A stretch of DNA of 64,000 bases from the human T2T-CHM13v2.0 reference genome, Homo sapiens. How positions within the stretch are numbered: the first letter of the stretch is position 1; each line of letters starts with the position of its first letter. Under the pieces are notes generated by a model that ran no database searches, was not told the DNA's origin, and worked only from the letters and a program-made list of their open reading frames with translations. Made by a program: the position numbers and the translations under genes. Location of the stretch: assembly GCF_009914755.1 (NCBI RefSeq), contig NC_060928.1. One strand, written 5' to 3'. Of this stretch, positions 45,001-60,219 are shown one piece after another.

Positions 45001-47040
45001 ATCATCCTCTCTTCCCTTGAATAACGCGAACAATATCAGAGGGGAGTGTTCATCCCGGGTGATATTGGGAGTAATATTATCCGTTCCCTTCCTGAAAAAT
45101 ATGAACAATATCACAGAAGGTGTACACCCCTGCGATATTGGGAGTAACATCATCCTTTCCCACCCTGAGTATTATGAACAATATCACAGGGGGGTGCACA
45201 CCCCACTCGATATTGGGAGTAATATCACCCTCTTCCTCCTAGATATTACGAACAATATCACATAGGGGTGTACACCCTCTGTGATATTAAGTGTAATATT
45301 ATACTCTTCCCCCTTGGATATTATGAACAATATCCCAGGGGGGTGTACACCTCCTGCGATATGGGGTGTAATAGCATCCTCTCCCCTTTTGGATATTATG
45401 AAAAATATCACAGGGGGGTGTACAACCCCTGTGATATTGGGAGCAACATAATTCTTTCCCCCCTGGATATTTCAAAAATATCACAAGGGGATGTACACCC
45501 CTTATGATGTTTGTAGTAATATCATCCTCTCTCCCCTGGATATTACGAACAATATCACAGGAGGGTGTACACTCCCTGGGATATTGGGAGTAATATCATC
45601 CTCTTTCCCCCTGTATATTACGAACAATATCACAGGGGCGTGTACACCCCCTGCGTATTGAAAGTAATATCATTCACTTCCCCCCTGGATATTGTATATC
45701 ATATCACAGGGGCGTGTACACCCTCTGCTACATTGGGAGAAATATCATCGTCTCCTCCCGTGGATATTATGAGCAATATCACAGGGGAATGTACCCCGCC
45801 TGCGATATTGGGAGTAATATCCTCTCCCACCCTGAATATTACAAACAATATCATAAGGGGGTGTACATCCCCTGCGATATTGGGAGTAATATCCTTTTCC
45901 ACCCTGAATATCATGAACAATATTATAGGAGAATGTACACCACCTGCGATATTAAGAGTAATATCATCCTTTCCCCCCATGGATATTACAAACAATATCA
46001 CAGTGTTGTGTACACCCCCTGTGATATTGGGAATAATTTTATCCTCTCCCCCCGCTCGATATTATGAAAAATATCACAGGAAGGTGTACATTCTCTGTGA
46101 TATTGGCAGTTATATCATCCTCTGTTCTAGTTAATATTACGAAGACTATCACAGGGGTATGTACACCTCCTGAGATATTGGGAGTAATATCATCCTATCT
46201 CCCCCTGGAAATTAGGAACCATATCACAGGGGAATGTACATACCCTGCAATATTGGGAGTAGCATCATCTTACCCTCCCCTGCTCTTTACAAATAGTATC
46301 ACAAGGGGCTGTACACCCTCTGCAATATTGAGAGTAATATCATCCTCTCTTCCCCTGGATATTACGAACAATACAGCAGGGGGTGTACACACAGGGTTTT
46401 TATGATATTGGGAGTAATATCATTCTCTCCCCGCCCTGGATATTTCGAACAGTATCACAGGGGTTGTACACTCCCTGCGACATTGGGAGTAACATCATCC
46501 TCTCCTTCTCTTGATATTACGAACAATATCACAGCAGAGTGTACATCCCCTGCGATATTGGCAGAAATATCAACCTCTCCCTCTCTGGATATTACCAGCA
46601 ATATCATAGGGGGTTGTACACCCCCTTCAACACTGGGAGTTATATCATCCTCTCCTCCCACTGGATATTATGAAAAATATTACAGAAGGCGTACACACAG
46701 GGTGTTTACGATATTGGGAGTAATATCATCTTCCCCCTCCCTGAATATTATGAACAATATCACGGGATGGGGTACATCCCCTGTGATATTGAGAGTAATG
46801 TCACCCTCTCCCTTCCTGGATATTATAAACAATATCACAGGGGGGGTGCACACCCCTCCTATATAGGGAGTAATGTTATCCTCTCCCCCTCCCTGGATAT
46901 TTCGAACAATATCACAAGGGGAATGTACTCACCCTGCGATATGGAGACTAATGTCATCCTCTCCCTCCCTGGATATTATGAATAATATCACAGGGGGGTG
47001 TGCACTCTCTGTGCTCTGGGGAGTAATGTCATTCTCTCCC
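42089..47040 (+). repeat. SATR-family satellite, ~75-bp unit sub-array in forward orientation
   Basis: Unit GATATTGGGAGTAATATCATCCTCTCCCCCCTGGATATTACGAACAATATCACAGGGGGGTGTACACCCCCTGC (reverse complement of the previous block). Confidence 0.9.
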
Positions 47041-48045
47041 CTATAAACTAAAATTTTGTTCTCTTTATCTAAGCCCAGAGCTTCCTATCACGTCAGTATC
47101 TATGTTATGAAGAAAAGGAGACTTAGGTGAGATGTTTTTATTTATCACAACTGCTGCATCAATTGCCTAGGACCTCAACAGCTTCATGAAAGTCTGGGAA
47201 ATGTTCATGCATAAGGTTATTGCCTTAGCTGACTTCAAATTGCCCCATACAATGGTACATATAAACCCTTAGTGAAGCCTTTTAAAAAACAAACAGGTTG
47301 AAAAATGGGTTAAAGTAGGCAAATACAGCATCTGCCTTTAGGGCTATCAACTGAGGAATTCTCTCAATTATGAAATCTTGCGGAGAAGTTATTTTCTTTC
47401 TCAAAATCCAGGTGATGAAATATTTCTTACTCCAGATCTGGCATTTTTTCATCATCACTGTCTTGTGAATCATCACCTGCTTCATCTACTTCTGGTAAAT
47501 CTACATCCTCATCCCCACCCATGTTGTTCATCATCTCGGAGAAACGATCAAAATTAGACCTGTCTTCATCTGAACCATCTTCCCAGTCTTTCCAATGATT
47601 GAAGTCCATACTAAGCCAGTTAAGCTTTGCCCTTTCTTTTGTTAACCTTGGCCATGACTGGCCAGATTCTCCTTTTCGTAAACAACATAAAATTGATCTG
47701 TCCGTTCTTTTATGCTTGGAATCATTTGGATCAATAGAGTAAAAAAGACCAATTTCATTTAAATGCTTAAAATTATCACTTCCTCCAAGACAACTGAATG
47801 TAAGTTTGGATTTTTCAAAATTTACATTAACATCCTTATTGTCTTCAACACAAGATTCAGTGAAGACACAGTCCCTTCGATCGTACCACTTTGCAAAAGC
47901 AGGCTGCATTGTGAATGCGGCAGGGGGACGGGCGAACGGGTGGGCGGGCGGCTGTCTGGCGGCGGCTGCTCTCCGGTGGGGACTCCGCGTTTTCTCCCTG
48001 GTCGCCGCTGCCTCTTCTCGCTCCCCTCAGGCGACGGCGGCAGCT
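47041..48045 (-). pseudogene. PTGES3P3: PTGES3 (p23) processed pseudogene, 5' part: 5'UTR, intact ORF 47427-47909 and proximal 3'UTR
   Basis: Intronless 160-aa ORF ~91% identical to recalled human p23 (MQPA.AKWYDRR...DEKMPDLE); GC-rich 5'UTR to ~48045; TSD at 48046-48059. The P3 symbol is inferred from its recalled position next to HPF1. Confidence 0.9.
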
Positions 48046-48235
48046 ACAGCTGCTTCTTTATACGTTTTTCTGCTTAGATCAGGGAAAACTGGCTGGATTA
48101 AATTAGCCACAGGAGGGCTCCACTGCAGTTTCTGGAAAAGAAAATTCTGCAGTCATACTTTCTGGTACACAGTTGTATCTGTGCAGTCTTCAATCGGCCA
48201 CGCCTATTTATAAACGTGAAAGATGAAGCCAGGGT

Positions 48236-48574
<339 letters not shown>

Positions 48575-49915
48575 TTAACAAAAATTCGAGAGAACTTTCT
48601 GGAAACCTAGAGTATATTTCTGTGGGAAAAACACAAAATTGAGACTTGAAATGATAAGCTCTGATTTGTTCATTTTTTTAATCTTAAACATTTAAAGTTT
48701 CACAGCAACAGCTTATATTCAGGGTATGCAATTTATAGGTAGCTAATGCATGAAAAATATGATTACAGTTTTGTATTACCCATTATTTTTCTCTTGTCAA
48801 CCACAAAGAATTTCATTATTATCTAATCTGTGGCCCAGATGCTGCCTGTCTTTGTTTCATCTATAACAGCATTTCCTATCATGTGGCTACAGGATAATAA
48901 TTGTGATTACAAAAGGAAAAAAGTACAGGAACTCACAGGTGAAACAGAACTGAACACAACTTTTACAGAACTCATCAGCTCCTCACTGTAAATCTCCTAG
49001 ATTGGACTCTCATGTACCTTTTTTTTTTTTCCTTTTTTCCTTGAAACATTTGCTGCTCTTTTTAGAAATCACAAACAGGGTTTCAAAAGTTATTAAAAAA
49101 AAAAAGCCTGAAGAAAGAATCCAAAATTTGAGACCATACCTACTCTAAGAAGTGGTGAAAACCACATGGAAAAATATCAAGTATTTTGTGTCTAATGCTT
49201 TCAGAATTCCCTCTTGTACTTCACTCACAGGAGAAGTTATAGGAACCCCTACAGGAATTACAATGACAGGGCCAGACCCAGGAACAGCCTGCACACTCGA
49301 GTTTTGAAGTTTTAACTCATTCTCTCTCCAGCTGTCTCACACTTGTTGTTTGTTGTTTTGTTCGTTTCTTTCTAATTTAGAAAAAAAAAAAGTAGTAGTC
49401 AGGGAGTCTAGTCAAATACATCGGAGTTGGGGGGAATTATTAGATACCCAAATCTTAGTGATGCATTTGACTATTTTTCGGGATGAAAAGCATATATGGG
49501 TAGACATTGGCTTGGAGGGGAAATGGTGACACAGGAGAGATGAAGGAGCAGCACTTTGAAGTTGATTTTTGAAGAAAAACCATTAGTTTTCATCATTGTA
49601 TAAGGACATCACTCTATGAATCATAGCAATAGGCAATTTGCAATTTAAAAAATAAATAAAAAGGCATCCTTGTGGCTAAATGGCAGTTTAGATTACAGTT
49701 CCTAAGGCCCACTGAAAATCATAAGCTACTGTCTTTCCTGAGCACATAAATGAATTTTTCTTCCATTTTGACAGCTCTATCCCTCCAGGTCATCCAGCTA
49801 TTTTATCCCTTAATATTGGCTACTCTTCCTCCTCTCTCAGACGTCTCACTTTTTGCACCCAGCCCCCAAACACACTAAAAGATTAAACTCAAGCAGCCTT
49901 CCCTATTGGGAAACC

Positions 49916-50218
49916 TTTTTTTTTTTTTTTTGAGACAGAGTCTTTGCTCTGTCGCTCAGGCTGGAGTGCGGTGGTGCCATCAATCTCGGCTCACTGCGAC
50001 CTCTGCCTCCCGGCTTCAAGCGATTCTCCTGCCTCAGCCTCCTGAGTAGCTGGGATTACAGGGACACACCACCATGCCTGGCTAATTTTTGTATTTTTAG
50101 TAGAGACTGGGTTTCACCATGTTGGCCAGGCTAGTCTCAAACTCCTGGGCTCAAGTGATCCACTTGCCTCAGCCTCCCAAAAGTGCTGGGATTACAGGTG
50201 TGAGCCACTGTGCCCAGC
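49916..50218 (-). mobile_element. AluS element
   Basis: Alu consensus with T-tail. Confidence 0.92.
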
Positions 50219-50925
50219 CCCCTACTGGAGACTTTTGATGGGCATTTTTATTTATCTAATTACGGAAAAGGAAAGTAACAAAAATGAACTGTGCAGATAG
50301 AGACTCTCCTCATATAGGAGTTGTTAGATCAAATCCTGCTTCCAAAATAAAGAAATAAAGAGGTGAAATGAAGACAGGGTTGAGCTGAAGAAAATTTCAT
50401 GCAGTTAGCACTAGGGGAAGTGGGAGAACATAGATGGAAGCAGCACCTACTGGATGTGCTCTTTTGTGAAAGGTGCTTAATGGCTGCTCACTTTGGAGAT
50501 GACTGAGTCCAAACTGCCTCATCTAATTCTTCAAGTCATCTTCCATCTGCCTGTTAAGCAGTAACAGGCCTCCTGAGATTATTCCCTTATGTCAAAATGG
50601 GATGTCATGTTAATCCACACCATGACCATTTTGTATCTTTCTTCCCTTTGTTTTCCAGTTTATAACACTTTCCACCTCTACCTCTCATTCTGGAAAATTC
50701 TCCCATGCTCTAGACTTGAATCTCTGATACTTCACCTCCCACTTATGTGAACTTGGGCGTGTTACTTGATATTGCTATGCTTCAATTTTCTTATGTGTAA
50801 CTGCAGATAATAATAGTCCCTACCTCATAAAGTTGTTACAGAGATTAAGTAATAATATGCATGTAAAACATCGATTGAGCTATTATTACACAGCCTTTAA
50901 GATTCAAGTTCAAATCCCACTTCCA

Positions 50926-51237
<312 letters not shown>

Positions 51238-52235
51238 CCAAATCCCACTTCTTCGTAAAGTCATCTCCAATACTCCCCAATGGAAAGGGCAGTTTCCTTC
51301 GCTGATTTATTGTAGCACTTACTGTCCTCACGGACAACAAGGCCCTTAGCATACATGGTCTTGTGGTCTAATTGTGTACATCTTTTCTCATCTGAACTAC
51401 AGGGAAATTTTTTGGATGGTAGGGAGTGTGTCTTCTTGCAGTATCTAGCACAGTGTTCAGCATACAGCAGATATTTAATAAATAATTATTAAATCAAAAA
51501 GTCAAATGGATATTTTAATGAATTGGTTGAATGAATCAATGATTTAGGGGGTCAAAGCCAGTTTTGCAACTCTTAATTCATTGCCCACATGAAAGGCATA
51601 AAAGTGTCTGGCATCAATTAGAATGGCTGAAGAGGATTTTTGGAGAATTCAGTCCCTGGGAACCAGAAGCACCTAAGTGAGGGGGTGTCCAGTTGTGGGA
51701 GTGGAAGGCCAGAAATGAGAGAGAGAAGCCACAAGCCTCCTGTTCCTGTGCAGACCTTAGCTGAGAGGGAAGACTTTAACTTTTAATGAAGATTACAGTT
51801 TTACTTATTGCACTAGACTGGACATATTCATCACTGAACCGAGACTAATTTTTAATGATGACATCATCGGAAGACTTTTTGTTATTTGACAGTGACTAAG
51901 AGCTAAGTGATTCATCTTAGTTTTTATCTGAACAGTAGAGGAAGAACCAGCCCAAAAGATGGATTCGAATGGCCAAGTGAGAAAACAACATTGTCTCCTC
52001 ATTTCATCTCAGGAGCCCCACTGTTAATGCAATGGTGTCATGAGGTTGATTTAGTGTCTGCAGATCCTGGCCTGTTGGACAGCAGGCAGGAATGCCTGGA
52101 ATGCCAGGCAGAGGTAGAAGTGTTTGTAGGGAGAGGAATAAAACTATCAAAGGGAAGCAGAGGTCATGAAATGATGACCTGCTCCTGGCAGAAAGGGGAC
52201 CCTGCCACGTAGCCATCAGCTCACTCCCATCCACC

Positions 52236-52714
<479 letters not shown>

Positions 52715-53097
52715 TAGGCTCTCAGGAGAGTTCTGATTCTTTCAAATGTCCATTAGATTGTTTGTTTTTAATGTTTCTATTGGGATGCAATTGTCAGTTG
52801 TGCTTCTGCACAAACAGAACCCCTTTTATTCCATGGGATATTTTCAGAGAAGTCATTGCGCAGTATCTTTCACAGAACGAATTGCTCTTATAACCGGTTT
52901 GCTTACAGGTCACACCTGCAGCTGGCAAGCCTTGAGAGTTTACCATTTATAGAAGCTGCACCTGAGATCCATTTGGACTGCTGCTTGCAAATTATTACAT
53001 GTGAAATTATGAACTCTAACTTAAGCGTTCCTTGGAATTGTCTTAGGAAGAGAAAGATGCATTTTGATGGCTGGGGAAGGTAGGAACCAAGTAGACT

Positions 53098-53413
53098 TGT
53101 TTTCTTTTTGTTTTTTTCTGTGTTTTTTTTTTTTTTTTTGAGACAGAGTCTTGCTCTGTTGCCCAGCCTGGAGTGCAGTGGTGTGATGTCGGCTCACTTC
53201 TACCTCCATCTCCTGGGTTCAAGTGATTCTCCTGCCTCCTGAGTAGCTGAGATTACAGGCATGTGCCACCACACCTGGCTAGTTTTTGTATTTTTAGTAG
53301 AGACGGGGTTTCACCATCTTGGCCAGGCTTTTCTTGAACTCCTGATCTCATGATCCATCCCCGTCAGCCTCCCAAAGTGCTGGGATTACAGGCGTGAGCC
53401 ACCATGCCCAGCC
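53098..53413 (-). mobile_element. AluS element
   Basis: Alu consensus, TSD agacttgttt. Confidence 0.9.
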
Positions 53414-53797
53414 AGACTTGTTTATTTTTAATGCCCAGGGACTTGGGGTAATAAAAAATCAGGTTTGGCTATAGCATCATAACAGCAACTGGTCCCTTGG
53501 CCACATGTAGAAAATAAACTGGGATGTTTGTTTTGTCACCTGTCTGCCTTTCCCCTCCTCTGTGCCTTATTGCCGCTTCCCACTGCCTCCCATCAGTCCC
53601 CACTGTAGAGTCCTGCCACAGTTTGTACATTCTGCATAGTTGGCCCCTATTTTGGACTTTTCTGCCCTTTTATGATAACTAACTAGTGCTAAGAGAAGAG
53701 CTAGGAAATCTGACATATAAGTCAAGTTATAAGCGGATGTTAATGGCTGAATGCATGATGTTTGGGGCTCAAGAGAATTGTTTTTAAATTGCACTGA

Positions 53798-54119
<322 letters not shown>

Positions 54120-54669
54120 TTAGTAAAGGTCTCAGCTAGAATCAGTACACCAAGAAATTTATTCTTACTGGGTATTTGACTGGAAGAGAGTCGTTTCTGT
54201 GCACATGTTGTTGGTGGAGGGGAGAGGGTCTGAGGGAAAAATAGGAATGCCAAGGGATGAATTGACATTTGTTAAGCAGTAGCGTTTCAGTGCACAGATT
54301 CTACTGCCAGAGGGCCTGGGGTCATGTCCCAGTTCTACCACATAGCAGCTGGTGGCAACTTCAGACAAGTTGCTTAATCTCCTGTACCCAAATTTCATTT
54401 CCAAAATGGGGATGTTAGTAGCTCAATGCCTCTCAGGGGTGTTTTGAGTTAATTTATGTAGTCTACTTAGCATATACATGGCACATATGTGCTACATAAG
54501 CATCAGCTATTAATACTCCTAAGTGTTTCTGCAGCCCACTTGGATGAACTCCTTTCTGAGCCAGGTAAGAAGAGGGGCTGCAGGAGGGACTCTGTGAGAC
54601 CCAGGGACATGGGAGCACTGTGTTTATTCCTAATAGAAAAAGTATGACCCAGAGAAAGGAAAAGAACAT

Positions 54670-55025
54670 TGATATGGTTTGGTTGTGTCCCCACTCAAAT
54701 CTTAACTTGAATTGTATCTCCCAGAATTCCCGCATGTTCTGTGAGGGATCCAGGGGGAGGTAATTGAATTATGGGGGCTGGTCTCTCCCGTGCTATCTCG
54801 TGATAGCGAATAAGTCTCACGAGATCTGATGGGTTTATCAGGGGTTTCCGCTTTTGCTTCTTTCTCTCATTTTCTCTTGCTGCCACGATGTTAAGAAGTG
54901 CCTTTCTCCTCCTGCCATGATTCTGAGGCCTCCCCAGCCATGTGGAACTGTAAGTCTAATTAAACCTCTTTTTCTTCCCAGTCTCTGGTATGTCTTTATG
55001 AGCAGCATGAAAACGGACTAATACA
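54670..55025 (+). mobile_element. THE1A-like (MaLR) solo LTR
   Basis: TGATATGGTTTGG...gggtttatcaggggtttccgcttttgcttc...GGACTAATACA; 5-bp TSD aacat/aatgt. Confidence 0.88.
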
Positions 55026-56431
55026 AATGTTCTGCACCAGGCTTTAGAACCTCCAGGGTTTCTGTCTTTGGGAACCTCAGGAGACAGTGCAGATTTCATG
55101 GAGAGACAGAGACTAGCACCAATACTGTTGGTAAGGCAACTAGTGCCCATGAGAGTAAGTGAAATGGAAGAACATGAGAGGCGTGTTTTGTGCACATAGG
55201 AGCCATCTCCTAGGACTCTTAGAAATACTTAAGGGGGACTCTTCATGGGACCAAGCCCTGTATTGTAAGAGGAATAATAGGAATGTGTTTAACCTGAGTT
55301 ATAATCTGATAGGACCTATCAGTATGCAAAAGCTAGCAAGGCTAGTCATACAAATACAAGAGATCTTATTAAATCTGTTGACTCGGAGGAAGTCTCCTTG
55401 GGCCTCTTGCTTGCATTTCTTTTCTTGCTAGCTGTTTTTTTCTTTTTTCTTCCTCCTTCCTTGTCTGCAAAGTTGTTTCCTGAATGTCTAGGTTTTAAAC
55501 ATATTTTGGTTTCATCCATGGAAACCAGAAACCAGGCTGGGGAGCTATTTACTTCTTGCCGTTCTACTCGGGGTTTGGAATTCTTTCTTGTGGATGCTGT
55601 CTCAAAGCTACCTTTCTTGCTCTCCATGTGCAATATTACTCATTAATAAAATCATGGAAAATGCTGACACGGATATCCTCAGGAAAACCAAGATAGCACT
55701 GGAGCAAGGACTGAAGCCCCTGTGCTTGCTGATGATGTAATATACTTGAGCAGGTGCCATCTCAATGTTAGATAAGCGTGAAAAGACCTGGCCATGCTTC
55801 TCTCACATGTTCCTTGGTGAATGGATGGGCTGGCTCTTAGTGCTTAAGGATTGATTGCCTCAGTCGTGGCAGACCTATGATCAACATCTTCAAGTTTAGC
55901 ACTCAGTTGCTCTAAATAATTACTTCATATGTACTAGTCTTATCTTTGCAGATAGGTGATCATTTCTTTGGTATTTCTGCAGTGTTTAGCAGAAACCAGA
56001 ACATAATAAAAGCTTAATAAATATTTAATTGCTACTGTAAGAAAGTAGAACAATGGAGCAAATATTTTCTTATTTCAGCTCATATAGTACTCACATCCTT
56101 CTTGCTCATATGCAATTTCAACTGTGAGAAGGGATACTCCACTCACTTCTTAATTCCTCCCTTTGGCATGTGGCTGGTATGGGTTTTTTACATACTAGGG
56201 TAAATATGGCTATCATGTCAATAGTACTGTCACAAGGAATGAGGAATTACACCAAAGCTGATTGCAAGAAAGAAAGCTCTTAATTGTTAAACTCAGATCT
56301 ATTGTGAACCAGCAATGATGGTGAAAATATGCAGAATGCAGTGACAATCTAATGGGCTGGAGTAACATAAGACTAATGCATCAAAATGAACATGTGGTAG
56401 AACAGAATGCAGAAATTAAAAATGGCTTTAC

Positions 56432-56714
<283 letters not shown>

Positions 56715-57179
56715 GTCCTAACAGATGGATTCTTATTAATTTACACAATAAGTGTACCTCATTGCCCATCCCCACTCTGATTTTGTTGGGAGCAATCTTT
56801 TGCTAACCATGCAAATATTAGACATTTACTTGTATAATTTCTTTTGTGTATTTTTATACACACTACATTTTGAGAATGCAATTAGGAATTGGGCTTTTGC
56901 TCACAATTGCTCTCTTTTACTGCCTCGACACAGACGTTATTGTTAACAGTGGCTACTCTATGAGGATTGTGCCTTGCTTTTTCAAATGTTGAACACAATG
57001 CTAAATTAAATGAGCAGGCCACGCAATTCCTTAACCACAAAGGCTCTTCACCTTCCTACTCCTCTCCTTCCCCTCAAGTGCTCCTTCTCAGTCCTTTTTT
57101 TTTTTCTTTTCAGATTTAACAGTCCTGATTTAGCAGATCCAGAGCTGCTGGGACCTCCCAACACCCATCTCAGAGTATA

Positions 57180-58950
<1,771 letters not shown>

Positions 58951-59437
58951 TTAAGTCTTCCCTTGTAACCTTACTCTATCTGAATGGGAGTGGACTGAGG
59001 AGGAGCTACTTGCTAGACTAGCATTGCTGCCTGCAATCTAGACCAGCAGAGTGGTGATTCTAATGTCCCTTCCAAGGTAGAAAAGTTTAAGTATTAATGA
59101 AGGAAAGGAGAAATAATAGCAGAGGGTAAAGGGATGAATAAATGGGGTATACACGGAAGGAAATGAAACATTATATTAACACTTTGAAAGAGGCTTACAG
59201 CAAGAGATGACATTGTCTCTTAGCTCAATTATACCAGATGCCTGAAAGGGTGGAGCTATTGGTTTGCCAAGACCACTTCTGCTTTTGGAACCTGACAAAA
59301 TTAAAAGGAACCCTGCAAACCTGAGTCCCCTCAGCCTGGGAGGCATTCATACAAGATGATGGAGTGGACTCATTAGTAATGACTATGTACATATTTTTTG
59401 ATGTACAGTATCCATGATTGAAAATCAGGTGGTGGTC

Positions 59438-60030
59438 TGTGGTTATGATCTATATTGTCCATGGTTCTTGGCTCATAACTCCCTCAGCCCTTGTTACAGT
59501 CTTTTGTTATAATGTTGGATGTGTCGGGCCTCAGGGGACAGAATCTTTCTGAATCTTTCAGAATCCTTCACCTGCCTCAAGGCAGAACTCTAATCTTTCC
59601 CCAACTTTCTGATTGTGGGTCTTAAAAACCTCCCCAGAGAGTGTCCTGCCTCATACCCTGAGGGAAGTAATATTGAAGCCACGAAGCTTCCATATAAACC
59701 CAAGAGGACTAGGTTCAGGGAGCTTCTGGATAGCTGGACATGTGGAGGTTCCTGGAGGGTGACACGCCCAGGAAGGGCACGGAAGCCCTGTGCATGCATA
59801 CTCCATACCTTGCCCCATGCGTTTCTTTATCTGTATCTTTCGCAATATCCTTTATAATAAACCACTAAACATTAAACGTTTCCCTGAGTTCTGTGAGCCA
59901 CTCCAGAAAATTATTCGAACCCAAAGAAGGGGTCATGGGAACTCCAACTTGAAGCCATTGGGTGAGAAGTCCCAGAGGCCCAGACTTTTGACTGGTGTCT
60001 GGCTGGAGGGTGGCTGTCTTGGGAACTGAG
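59438..60030 (+). mobile_element. MER21-family LTR
   Basis: ttcttggctcataactccc...cccttgttacagtcttttgttataatgttgg...ccctgagttctgtgagcc. Confidence 0.7.
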
Positions 60031-60219
60031 CCTTCACCTTCCCTATTCTTAATTATTAGACTAGTGGTTTTCAATGAAGGCAGAACAGCTCCTGTTAGCA
60101 TTTTAGAAATTTGCTGGAAGCTTTTGGTTGTTACAATGATTGGAGGTTGCTACTATGCATCTGATTATTTCTGTAGCATCTACATATTGAATTACATGTT
60201 AAAAAATTACAACTTTGTG

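Noticed and set aside
36663-46985. Dozens of ORFs (up to 278 aa) with CTPPAILGVISS / GYYEQYHRGVYTPCDIGSNII repeats
   Set aside because: They are by-products of 63- and 75-bp units (multiples of 3); they occur in all frames on both strands with frequent frameshifts.
36529-47040. CRISPR-like array (palindromic repeats at regular spacing)
   Set aside because: The sequence between palindromes is itself a diverged copy of one consensus, not unique spacers. There are no cas genes, the context is primate, and the array matches SATR-type satellite.
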